Assembly: GCA_965215265.1 (NCBI GenBank)
Contig: OZ244048.1
Span: 2,720,001 to 2,784,000 of the forward strand
Reading direction: 5' to 3'
Length of the DNA: 64,000 nucleotides
Source: Candidatus Poribacteria bacterium
GTDB taxonomy: Bacteria > Poribacteria > WGA-4E > WGA-3G
The number at the start of each line of letters is the position of its first letter. Positions within the stretch are counted from its first letter, which is position 1. Below, in pieces: positions 39,949-49,061 of the stretch. The notes beneath the pieces are model-generated. The model was not told the origin of the DNA and made no database searches. It saw only the letters and a program-made list of their open reading frames with translations. Both the position numbers and the translations under genes were made by a program.

Positions 39949-42342
39949 TTACTTTCTGATGAGCATTTTGCCGGTACCCGTGAAATCGGCTGTAGATAAC
40001 GTGTAAAAATAGACACCACTTGCTACAGCTTCACCGAGTTGATTGCGGCCGTCCCAATAGGCGGCACGGCTTTTCTGCTGATAGTGTCCTGCAGCCCGAT
40101 GTCCTAAATCCAAGGTGCGCACTAACTTGCCACTTGACGCATAGATACGAATCTGCACACGGGTTGCTTGTGCAAGTTGATACGGTATCCAGGTTTCAGG
40201 GTTAAACGGATTCGGATAGTTCGCCAGAAGCCGTGTCTTTTCGGGCAGTATTTCTGCTAAGAGTTGCCGCAGGTTCGCTATGCCTTGCTCAAAGAGAAGC
40301 GAGCCGTCATGCACGGCTTGTGCCTCCGCTATCCAAGACCTTATCAACGCTGCCGAAACTGTGTCCTCTCTTCTCACACCCATCGGCGCGGCTGCGCCCG
40401 GTAGCGTCTCTCTATGTTGTGCAACTAGCTGCAGGTCCAAGATGTTAATCGTCCCATCGCCGTTTACGTCCGCCCTCGAATTACGACTGTTCTTAGGTTG
40501 TCCCAGGGCTTGTGCCACCACGATCATATCCAGAACGCTGACCTTGGCATCTTTGTTCACATCCCATGCAGGCACGCTTACGAAAATTCGCCTATCTGTT
40601 GCGTTCACCGTATAGTCCGTGCCGGCTTCAAACCCAAAAAAGCCGCTAAAATGGCCATGGCCGCGGTTGTCAACCGCCACCAACAACACATTTGTCCCCA
40701 ATTTCAACGTTACGGGGAAAAAGTCTTGATAATCGTCAGCCCCACGCCCAACGAGTGCCCGGTGAACCAACTCTCCGTTGAGCCACACTTTGACAGCATC
40801 ATCACTACCCACCAGCATCGTTGTCTCCTGCCGCCGTGGTGACTGCAACGAGAGAGAACCGTAGACGACATGATCGTATATCTCCCAGCCGCTGCCCCAG
40901 CCGAGTGCATCCGTCATCTCGTTGATATTGTTATCACTTGTGGCGGAGAGCGTGTGTGCACGCCATTTGCCCCCTCCGACTGCCTTCCCCTCTGTTGCGC
41001 CGAATGTCGCCACCTTCCGTTCCGTCACAGCGCCGCGACTCACTTCGGCGAGCAGGTCTTTGTCCCCAAGCCAGTCCCCCGGCACCAGCAACCACAACCA
41101 TGGACCCGTGATTTTCGGGCCTCCCGGTGGGGAACCGTCGTAGTTGTGCACAGCGTCCCCTGCCGAGAACCCAGGATTCTCTTCTTTTCGGATACGGGTC
41201 GTTTCGGGTAACGCCTCCAAGGATGAGAAGTCGGATATGTCGTTGTGGTGAAGGTCTAAGTATGTCAAATTGCGTAACCCTGCCAGGGGCGATACGTCCG
41301 AGATGCCGTTATTAACCAAATATAGCTCCGTTAAACCGGTTAAACCTGCCAAGGATGAGAGGTCCGGTAGCGAACCGCCGCAAATATTAAGATATCTTAG
41401 TTGTGTTAATCCTGAAAAGGGCGAGAGGTCCGATATCGGGTTGCCCCAAGAGCCAAAACCCTGCAGCTTGCTTAATGACGCAAGCGGGGACAGGTCGGAT
41501 ACCGCGTTCTCGGTGATCGACAAATGTGCCAATTCACTGAGGTTCGCAAGCGGGGATAAGTCGGATATCAAATTATGGGAAATCTCTAACTCGACCAAGT
41601 TCGGTAAGCCCGCCAGAGGGGAGAGGTCGTCTATCAAGTTATGTCTGAAGTCTAAACGTCTCAATCCGGTTAATCCTGCGAGCGGGGATAAGTCGGATAT
41701 CAAACTATGCCGGATCTCTAACCATCTCAAGTTTGTTAAGCCCCTCAGGGGCGACAGGTCTTGTACGGTGGTGTCGTTCACTCTCAATCCTACCAGGTTG
41801 GTTAACCTGCTCAAGGATGCCAAACTGGAGACAGGATTGCCCGAAATCCCTAACTCATCCAATCGTGGTATCCGTGCCAACGGGGAGAAGTTGGTTATCC
41901 GGTTCTCCTCAAGCCCCATCCAATGGACTCGCATTAAGTCTGCGAGCGGGGTAACACTAGAGATAGCGTTACCTCTCAGCTTTAGGTTGTGTAGTCTAAT
42001 CAGACCTGCGAGCGGGGTTAAGTCGGTTATCTCATTGTTGCGAAGCTCAATCCGTTCGAGATTTATCGCCGTCTCAAGCCCTCTCAGATCGCGAATGCCC
42101 TGATTATCTGCACGGAACTCTCTCAACGTCTCCATCTCCGTGTGCGTAATCGCTGCGCCCGGTGCTTTTTCTAGGTGGTTCGCAATCGCAGCGCGCAGGT
42201 TCGGGTCCGGTATATTCACCGCTTGTGTGCTGGCGGCTATCGGCAGCAAAAGAAATATCGCGGAAAACAGGAGCGTGCAAACAGACGCGTAATAGGTGCT
42301 TGCAAGCCGGGACCGTAAATGTTGTCTTCTTAAATGTTGCAT
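39949..42342 (-). CDS. Secreted internalin-like LRR protein with dockerin-like and FlgD-Ig C-terminus
   Basis: Signal peptide; IPDPNLRAAI cap; about 13 LRRs; DVNKDAKVSVLD and DVNGDGTINILD; LANYPNPFNPETWIPY. Confidence 0.9.
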   Translation of the reverse strand: MQHLRRQHLRSRLASTYYASVCTLLFSAIFLLLPIAASTQAVNIPDPNLRAAIANHLEKAPGAAITHTEMETLREFRADNQGIRDLRGLETAINLERIELRNNEITDLTPLAGLIRLHNLKLRGNAISSVTPLADLMRVHWMGLEENRITNFSPLARIPRLDELGISGNPVSSLASLSRLTNLVGLRVNDTTVQDLSPLRGLTNLRWLEIRHSLISDLSPLAGLTGLRRLDFRHNLIDDLSPLAGLPNLVELEISHNLISDLSPLANLSELAHLSITENAVSDLSPLASLSKLQGFGSWGNPISDLSPFSGLTQLRYLNICGGSLPDLSSLAGLTGLTELYLVNNGISDVSPLAGLRNLTYLDLHHNDISDFSSLEALPETTRIRKEENPGFSAGDAVHNYDGSPPGGPKITGPWLWLLVPGDWLGDKDLLAEVSRGAVTERKVATFGATEGKAVGGGKWRAHTLSATSDNNINEMTDALGWGSGWEIYDHVVYGSLSLQSPRRQETTMLVGSDDAVKVWLNGELVHRALVGRGADDYQDFFPVTLKLGTNVLLVAVDNRGHGHFSGFFGFEAGTDYTVNATDRRIFVSVPAWDVNKDAKVSVLDMIVVAQALGQPKNSRNSRADVNGDGTINILDLQLVAQHRETLPGAAAPMGVRREDTVSAALIRSWIAEAQAVHDGSLLFEQGIANLRQLLAEILPEKTRLLANYPNPFNPETWIPYQLAQATRVQIRIYASSGKLVRTLDLGHRAAGHYQQKSRAAYWDGRNQLGEAVASGVYFYTLSTADFTGTGKMLIRK

Positions 42343-42579
42343 TTCGTATATTTCACCCCTACAACGCTCTATGCGTTGTCAATTGTGTACATCTCGTCTT
42401 TTTGTATATTTCAGTACCGTCAACGCGTATGTAATGAGTACTCATGTGTAAATCTCGTCTATTCGTATATCTCAGTACTATCACCGCGTATGTAATGATA
42501 ACTCGTGTGTAAATCTCGTCGGAGCCGCTCTAGGTAATGTCTTTAAAAATCAAAACATCAAAAGGCTCTGACGAAGTTT
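42342..42579. repeat. Three tandem diverged arms plus centre of the palindromic element
   Basis: TTYGTATATYTCA...TGTGTAMATCTCGTC x3, then GGAGCC...AAGGCTCTGACGAAGTTT. Confidence 0.9.
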
Positions 42580-42686
42580 GACCGTTAAGTGTACCTTAAA
42601 ATGGCAATCTGTATCAACTTTTTCCTTGTCCCGATGACGTGTTGACATCTCTGATTTTAATGATTGAGACTGAAACGGATAAGCGG

Positions 42687-43790
42687 CTAAGATTGTAAAC
42701 GCATCGGCATGATGACGCAGATATGTTCGTCATCATCGGCCGGTTTAATCGCAACAGGTGTCGTCTCATCAGAGAATTCTAGTACCACTCTCTCTGCCTC
42801 GATGTGTGCCAAGACATCCATCAGGAAGCGTGCGTCGAAACCGATTCGTACCGTTCCGGTTGATGATTCGACGGGCAAGTTCTCATGTGCCTCACCGAGT
42901 TCGGGTGTCTTGGTGGAAATGCGCAGCGTTTGAGTGTCGATTTCTAATGAGATGGCATAGTTCTTGGGGTTCGACAATAATGAGACGCGTCTCGCTGCGC
43001 GGAGTGCTGCTTCTCTATCTAAGATGGTGCGTCCTTCTGTGGATTCGGGAATTATCTTCTGATAAGGTGGATAGTCGCCCTCTATCAAGCGTGTCGTCAA
43101 AGTCGAGGTGCCGTCTGAGAAGAGGATCTGGTTTTCAAAGACGGCGATGCTGACGGCAGGGGAATCGGCGAAGGTTTTGGCGATTTCGCGAACTGCCTTG
43201 AGCGGCAGGATAAAATCTGTCGCTTTCCCGGATGCGACGACGGGTGCGCAATAGGCAATAGCGAGTTGATGGCCGTCGGTTGCGACAATTTCTGTGCGTT
43301 CTTCACCCAAGTTAAAATAGAGTCCGTTTAGAGAATAGCGCACTTCCTCCGTAGATGCTGCAAATTGGGTTTTGCGTAGCAACCCACGCAGCACCTCACC
43401 GTCTATACTCAACGCCTCACTGTCAACAGTGGGAAGCTGAGGGAATTCTTCATCCGGAAGCCCGATAATGATATAGACACCGTCACCACAAGTGAGCTCG
43501 ACCCGGTCGTTCGCCATCGTAGTCAGCGTTATCGTTTTGTCGCCGGGCAATTCTTTGACGATGTCTGTCAACTTTTTGGCAGAGACGGTAATTGCCCCCT
43601 CTTCCTGAATCGTTCCTTCCACGTGCAGGCGGATGCCGACTTCCAAGTCCGTGGCGATGCATTCTATGTTGCCCGCGCTGGCGTTAATCAGCACGTTTGA
43701 AAGAATGGGTAAGGTAGCCCGACCACTTGCCACGCCTTGTAGCACTTGTAAGGACTGCAAAAATTCATCTTTATCAAAAACTAATTCCAT
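42687..43790 (-). CDS. dnaN: DNA polymerase III beta sliding clamp (downstream paralog)
   Basis: TLPILSNVLI, ATDLEVGI, ATDGHQLA, RLIEGDYPPY, VIMPMRL. Confidence 0.95.
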   Translation of the reverse strand: MELVFDKDEFLQSLQVLQGVASGRATLPILSNVLINASAGNIECIATDLEVGIRLHVEGTIQEEGAITVSAKKLTDIVKELPGDKTITLTTMANDRVELTCGDGVYIIIGLPDEEFPQLPTVDSEALSIDGEVLRGLLRKTQFAASTEEVRYSLNGLYFNLGEERTEIVATDGHQLAIAYCAPVVASGKATDFILPLKAVREIAKTFADSPAVSIAVFENQILFSDGTSTLTTRLIEGDYPPYQKIIPESTEGRTILDREAALRAARRVSLLSNPKNYAISLEIDTQTLRISTKTPELGEAHENLPVESSTGTVRIGFDARFLMDVLAHIEAERVVLEFSDETTPVAIKPADDDEHICVIMPMRLQS

Positions 43791-43827
43791 GTTCTAAGTC
43801 TCCTATGCATGTTCTAAGTCTCCTATG
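43788..43827. repeat. 20-bp tandem duplication of the RBS and ATG of the downstream dnaN
   Basis: CATGTTCTAAGTCTCCTATG x2. Confidence 0.95.
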
Positions 43828-43866
43828 AATGGAACGTTAAACCCCAAACGCTGTCAAACGCTCTTA

Positions 43867-44970
43867 CTAGGATTGTAAACGCATCGGCATGATGACACAG
43901 ATATGTTCGTCATCATCAGTCGGTTTCACAACGACAGGATTATGTTCGCCGGTGAATTCCAGTACAATTTCGTTCGTCTCAATGTAAGACAATGCATCTA
44001 TGAGCAGGCGTGCGTCGAAACCGATTCGTACCGTTCCAGTTGATGATTCGACGGGCAAGTTCTCATGTGCCTCACCGAGTTCGGGTGTCTTGGTGGAAAT
44101 GCGCAGCGTTTGAGTATCTATTTCTAATGAGATGGAATAGTTCTTCGGGTTCGACAATAAGGAGACGCGCTTCGTCGCACGGAGCATCGCATCCCGGTTT
44201 ACAACCGTCCGTCCTTCAGAGGACTCAGGAATTATTTTCTGATATGGCGGATAGTCGCCTTCTACCAAGCGCGTGGTCAAAGTCGACGTACCATCTGAAA
44301 ACAGGATCTGGTTCTCAAAGACGGCGACGCTGACAGACGGGGAATCCGCGAAGGTCTTCGCGATTTCGCGAACTGCCTTGAGCGGAACAATAAAACCCGC
44401 CGTGTTTTCGGACGCGACGAGGGGTGCGCAATAGGCCAGAGCCAATTGGCGGCCATCCGTAGCAACCACTTCTGTGCGTTCTTCACCCAAGTTAAAATAG
44501 AGTCCGTTTAGAAAATAGCGCACTTCCTCCGTAGATGCTGCAAATTGGGTTTTGCGTAGCAACCCACGCAGCACCTCACCGTCTATACTCAACGCCTCAC
44601 TCTCAACAGTGGGAAGCTGAGGGAATTCTTCATCCGGAAGCCCAATAATCGTATAGACACCGTCACCACAAGTGAGCTCGACCCGGTCGTTCGCCATCGT
44701 AGTCAGCGTTATCGCTTTGTCGTCGGGCAATTCTTTGACGATGTCTGCCAGTTTTTTTGCAGAAACGGTCATCGCCCCCTCTTCCTGAATAGTGCCTTCT
44801 ACCTTCATCCGGATGCCGACTTCCAAGTCCGTGGCGATGCATTCTATATTGCCTGCGCTGGCGTTAATCAGCACGTTTGAAAGAATGGGTAAGGTATTCC
44901 GACCACTCGCCACACCTTGTAGCACCTGTAAGGACTGCAAAAGTTCATCCTTATCAAAAACTAATTCCAT
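43867..44970 (-). CDS. dnaN: DNA polymerase III beta sliding clamp (upstream paralog)
   Basis: TLPILSNVLI, ATDLEVGI, RYFLNG, ATDGRQLA, VIMPMRL. Confidence 0.95.
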   Translation of the reverse strand: MELVFDKDELLQSLQVLQGVASGRNTLPILSNVLINASAGNIECIATDLEVGIRMKVEGTIQEEGAMTVSAKKLADIVKELPDDKAITLTTMANDRVELTCGDGVYTIIGLPDEEFPQLPTVESEALSIDGEVLRGLLRKTQFAASTEEVRYFLNGLYFNLGEERTEVVATDGRQLALAYCAPLVASENTAGFIVPLKAVREIAKTFADSPSVSVAVFENQILFSDGTSTLTTRLVEGDYPPYQKIIPESSEGRTVVNRDAMLRATKRVSLLSNPKNYSISLEIDTQTLRISTKTPELGEAHENLPVESSTGTVRIGFDARLLIDALSYIETNEIVLEFTGEHNPVVVKPTDDDEHICVIMPMRLQS

Positions 44971-44999
44971 GCTCTAATTCTCCTATCAATGATTATCAA

Positions 45000-45028
45000 A
45001 TTATAACTAAAAAATGTGTAGATGTCAA
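45000..45028 (-). promoter_or_regulatory. Consensus sigma70 promoter for the dnaN pair
   Basis: TTGACA-17 bp-TATAAT on the minus strand. Confidence 0.85.
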
Positions 45029-45137
45029 ATCTTTTTAGCGTTTTGTATCGGTTCTCAAAAATGTTTGGACTAGCGTGAACCCCGGAATGTCGAGCTCACT
45101 CCGTGCATCTTAGGCAGTTAACCCAGACGGTTCGCTT

Positions 45138-45166
45138 TTGACATACTTTTATTTATATGATACCAT
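45138..45166 (+). promoter_or_regulatory. Sigma70-type promoter
   Basis: TTGACA-17 bp-TACCAT with an extended TG. Confidence 0.6.
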
Positions 45167-45453
45167 ATTTATAAGAATATTACCAGAAATTAGCAAGAAC
45201 GATTTATTTGTTATAGATAGAAGCTTCTATGCGAATCCAGGTCGAATTCCTGCCAAGATGTCTCCAACGATAGGGGCCCCGGCCAAAACGCGAAATCAGA
45301 ACTTAGGTTCACGCGAGCAAAAACCTGCGGCATACCATCGACGAATTGACACATTGACACATTGACAAATAGAGCACTCGGTGTGCGTCGCAATCGCGGC
45401 GTGACTTGTCCTAATGCGAAATTCCTGCTAAGTGAACAGTTTTTTTAAGTGCA

Positions 45454-47391
45454 ATGCAAAAATACGTCACCAACGTTCAGACCGAACAAACCATTGCAAA
45501 ACGGGCTGTGTTAATTGGCTCGGTGCTCATTATTGCAAATAGCTACTGGATAGCTTACGTAGAGATGATCTGGCACACTGCGCATCTCACCACGGTTGCG
45601 ATGTCTGTCAATGTGATGTTCGGCATTCTGGCAATTACGGTGCTGAATATGTGCGTGAAAAGCATCTTCCCGGGTGCCGCGCTTAAGCAACGCGACTTAC
45701 TCGTCGTTTACGCCATGCTTGCCGTCGGGAGTGCGTTCTCAGGGCACGACTGCATTCCGCGCCTGATGGGACTTATACCGTATGCGTTTCGGTTCGCTAC
45801 CCCAGAAAACGATTGGGAAGCACTGCTCTTCCATCACCTACCAGAATGGCTCATCGTAAAACATACGAAAACTGTTAACGATTTCTACGAAGGCGAGGTG
45901 AACTTCTTTACGGATGGATACGTTCAGTATTGGATTGTCCCTATTTTGTCCTGGTCTGCGGTGATCTTCCTATTGATGCTCATCTTCTTATGTATTACTT
46001 CACTTATCCGCAAACAGTGGATAGAAAACGAGAAACTGGCGTATCCAATTATCCAAATTCCGTTGGAGATAACAGCAGGGCGTACGGTCTTCAAGAATCG
46101 CTTGCTTTGGCTGGGCTTCGGCATAGCCGCCGGGATAAACCTGCTCAACGGTTTGCAGTTCTTTTTTCCGGTGCTGCCTGAAATCCCAGTCCGGAAATAC
46201 AATCTCAATATGTACTTCACCCAAAAACCGTGGAATGCGATGGGGAGCATGCCGCTCCGGTTTCACCCGTACCTGATAGGCTTTTCGTTTATTTTGCCGT
46301 TGGACTTGGCGTTTTCGTGTACGTTTTTCTATTTCATGAAAAAGGCGCAGCTGCTATTTGGTAGCATGGTAGGTGTGGCGACACTGCAGGGCTACCCGTT
46401 TTTGGGGGAACAGGGGGCGGGGGCACTACTCGCTCTACTTGCCATGGCATGTTGGCACGCGCGAAAGCATTTCGCATCGGTCCTCTCTCAGCTCATCCGT
46501 CCTGGGCGCGCGGCATCACAAACCGAGGCCATTTCTCACCGCAGTGCCGTGATAATTTTAGGGCTCAGTTTACTTTTGCTCGCGATATTCTCTATACGTG
46601 GTGGGATGTCTCTGTGGGCGTTCGCGATTTACATAGGCATCTATCTGGCCATTGTCGTCGGGCTCACCCGGATGCGTGCTGAGCTCGGACCGCCGATACA
46701 TGCGATAGGTTATCTCACGCCACAATATATGATGATCTCTCTACTCGGTACCCAGCGGCTGCGCCCCGGGAACCTCACGATGCTCTCGCTGATGAATTGG
46801 CTCAGCGGTGCTAGTTACGCCTCCTTCCGGACACACCCGATGCCGGACCAACTGGAGGCTTTCAAGCTGGGTGAAAGGACGGGCATCCGCAATAGAACTA
46901 TGTTCATCGTCCTCGTGATTGCGAGCGTGGTGGGCATCTTATCCAGTCTGATTCTCTATCCGTATGCAATTTACAAGGAGGGCGTTGCTGCCGGTTCAGA
47001 GCAAATTCATGCGGGTGGTGCTGATACCTATAACTTCCTCTCGTCGTGGCTTGTGAGTCCAAAACCGACGGATTGGTTAGCGACCTCGGTTTTGGGTGTA
47101 ACATTTGCCGCGAATTTAGGGATTATATTTCTGCGTTCGCGGTTTGTGTGGTGTCCGCTGCACCCGGCGGGGTACGTTATCGGCGTTGCCCCCGGTACCA
47201 CAGATGTGATATGGTTCCCGCTCTTTCTCGCGATGATAACAAAATGGCTTATCCTCCGGCATGGCGGTGTTAACGCCTATCGCCGAGCAATACCCTTTTT
47301 CATCGGTCTGGTACTCGGAGAGGCATCCGTCGGATGTTTCTGGCCGTTGTTAAGCTTAGTCTTACGCTCTGCTGTCTACAGTTGGATCTGA
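45454..47391 (+). CDS. Polytopic membrane protein (DUF6785/OPT-like putative transporter)
   Basis: Many TM helices; RKQWIENEKLAYPIIQIP, TRMRAELG, WCPLHPAGY, PFFIGLVLGE. Confidence 0.75.
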   Translation: MQKYVTNVQTEQTIAKRAVLIGSVLIIANSYWIAYVEMIWHTAHLTTVAMSVNVMFGILAITVLNMCVKSIFPGAALKQRDLLVVYAMLAVGSAFSGHDCIPRLMGLIPYAFRFATPENDWEALLFHHLPEWLIVKHTKTVNDFYEGEVNFFTDGYVQYWIVPILSWSAVIFLLMLIFLCITSLIRKQWIENEKLAYPIIQIPLEITAGRTVFKNRLLWLGFGIAAGINLLNGLQFFFPVLPEIPVRKYNLNMYFTQKPWNAMGSMPLRFHPYLIGFSFILPLDLAFSCTFFYFMKKAQLLFGSMVGVATLQGYPFLGEQGAGALLALLAMACWHARKHFASVLSQLIRPGRAASQTEAISHRSAVIILGLSLLLLAIFSIRGGMSLWAFAIYIGIYLAIVVGLTRMRAELGPPIHAIGYLTPQYMMISLLGTQRLRPGNLTMLSLMNWLSGASYASFRTHPMPDQLEAFKLGERTGIRNRTMFIVLVIASVVGILSSLILYPYAIYKEGVAAGSEQIHAGGADTYNFLSSWLVSPKPTDWLATSVLGVTFAANLGIIFLRSRFVWCPLHPAGYVIGVAPGTTDVIWFPLFLAMITKWLILRHGGVNAYRRAIPFFIGLVLGEASVGCFWPLLSLVLRSAVYSWI

Positions 47392-47439
47392 GGGACCACC
47401 GCATTCTCATTTACCGCCTCATTTTTTTCGTGAACTGAA

Positions 47440-47700
47440 CGGCTCTGGCGAGATTTGTGCTAGGACAAACATAGCAGCAGTTATTCTTGGGCTGCAGTAG
47501 ACGAAAAAAAATGGAATTCTATATTGTCAAAAAAGAGCGAAAATGATAATATGGAATTCTATATTATCAAAAAAGAGCAAAAATGATAATATGTATAATT
47601 TTTATAGATAAAGAGAGCAGGCGGCTCTGGCGAGATTTTTGCTAAGGCAAACATAGCAGCAGTTATTCTTGGGCTGCAGTAGACGAAAAAGACGAAAAAG
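47440..47700. repeat. Two direct copies of an element arm (47440-47511, 47622-47700) flanking a 40-bp tandem duplication (47511-47590)
   Basis: CGGCTCTGGCGAGATTT...GGGCTGCAGTAGACGAAAAA x2; ATGGAATTCTATATTRTCAAAAAAGAGCRAAAATGATAAT x2. Confidence 0.9.
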
Positions 47701-48828
47701 ATGAAAAAATTTATAGCCGGCACCTACAAACAGCAACGGGAATATAAAAACTTCACACCCGTCTTCATAAACCGTCATTTTTCTTGGGAAAACCCGCAGA
47801 TAGATGTCTGCTTGGAAAAGGCAGGGCGGCTTTTAGGCGAACTCAACGCTTACGCGACACTGATACCGGATATAGACTTCTTCATCAGAATGAATGTGGT
47901 GAAAGAGGCCACGAAATCTAATCTAATTGAAGGCACGAAAACCGAGCTCGATGAAGTCATTCTACCGGAAGCGGAGATTAACCCAGAGAGGCGAGATGAT
48001 TGGCACGAAGTACAAAATTATATTCAAGCGCTCCATTTCGCCATCGGTAAACTCACTGAGCTCCCTATTTCTACACGCCTCCTCAAGGAAGCCCATAAAA
48101 TACTCCTTTCAGGTGTGCGTGGAGAACATAGAGCCCCCGGCGAGATTCGTAAAAGTCAGAATTGGATCGGTGGCACCTCCCTATCTGATGCGGTGTTTAT
48201 TCCGCCCTCTCCAGAGGCACTCCCGGAACTACTCAGTGATCTCGAAAAATTCTGGCACAACGAAACACTGCAGCTGCCAATCCTTATCAAAATTGCTATC
48301 ACACACTATCAATTTGAAACCATACACCCGTTTCTGGACGGAAACGGACGGTGCGGCCGACTCTTGCTTATCTTGCAACTCATCGAGGCACAGTTACTCA
48401 ACAAGCCAGTACTTTATATGTCCACCTTCTTCGAGAAACATCGTGAATCCTATTATAACTCTCTCACCACGGTCCGTAAGTCAAATGACATCGAACAGTG
48501 GCTCGTATTTTTTTTTAACGGAATCATCGAAACAGCCGAGCACGGCATTGAGACAATCAGATCGGTTACTGAACTCCAGACGGAGTACAACCGAAAAATC
48601 CTAACACTGCGTGCTAGAGCAGAGAACGCACGAAAACTGATTCACTTCATGTACTCCAACCCAATAGTTAATGTCCGATCGGTTGAACAAGAATTGAAGA
48701 TGAACTATGCAAGTGCGAATCGCCTCCTAAAATCCTTGACAGCCCTCGGCATCCTAAACGAAATTACCGGCTTCTCACGCAACCGGCTCTTTGTGCTAGA
48801 GAAATACCTAAATCTCTTTAGAGATTAG
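47701..48828 (+). CDS. Fic family protein with an N-terminal autoinhibitory motif and C-terminal HTH
   Basis: HPFLDGNGRCGR; SNLIEG (S/T)xxxE(G/N) motif. Confidence 0.93.
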   Translation: MKKFIAGTYKQQREYKNFTPVFINRHFSWENPQIDVCLEKAGRLLGELNAYATLIPDIDFFIRMNVVKEATKSNLIEGTKTELDEVILPEAEINPERRDDWHEVQNYIQALHFAIGKLTELPISTRLLKEAHKILLSGVRGEHRAPGEIRKSQNWIGGTSLSDAVFIPPSPEALPELLSDLEKFWHNETLQLPILIKIAITHYQFETIHPFLDGNGRCGRLLLILQLIEAQLLNKPVLYMSTFFEKHRESYYNSLTTVRKSNDIEQWLVFFFNGIIETAEHGIETIRSVTELQTEYNRKILTLRARAENARKLIHFMYSNPIVNVRSVEQELKMNYASANRLLKSLTALGILNEITGFSRNRLFVLEKYLNLFRD

Positions 48829-49061
48829 CGATGCGGTTTGTAGTATGCTATGCATTGCGTGCCTCTATTGTCTTTTCCTGCAAACTTGTAAAGCCTGATT
48901 CTGAGAGCGAAACGACCTGTTTCCCGGAAGCCTGCTAAAAAAAATAGGTGTCCATGAGACCGCAGAATTTGCTTGTGAAAATGCGGTCAATCTTGTAAAC
49001 TCCTCTACAGTTATAAGCGGGCTTGATGTTGATGTAACTGCGATCTCTTATCGAGAAAAAG

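Noticed and set aside
44971-45453. oriC next to dnaN
   Set aside because: No cluster of TTATCCACA boxes was seen and dnaA is not present.
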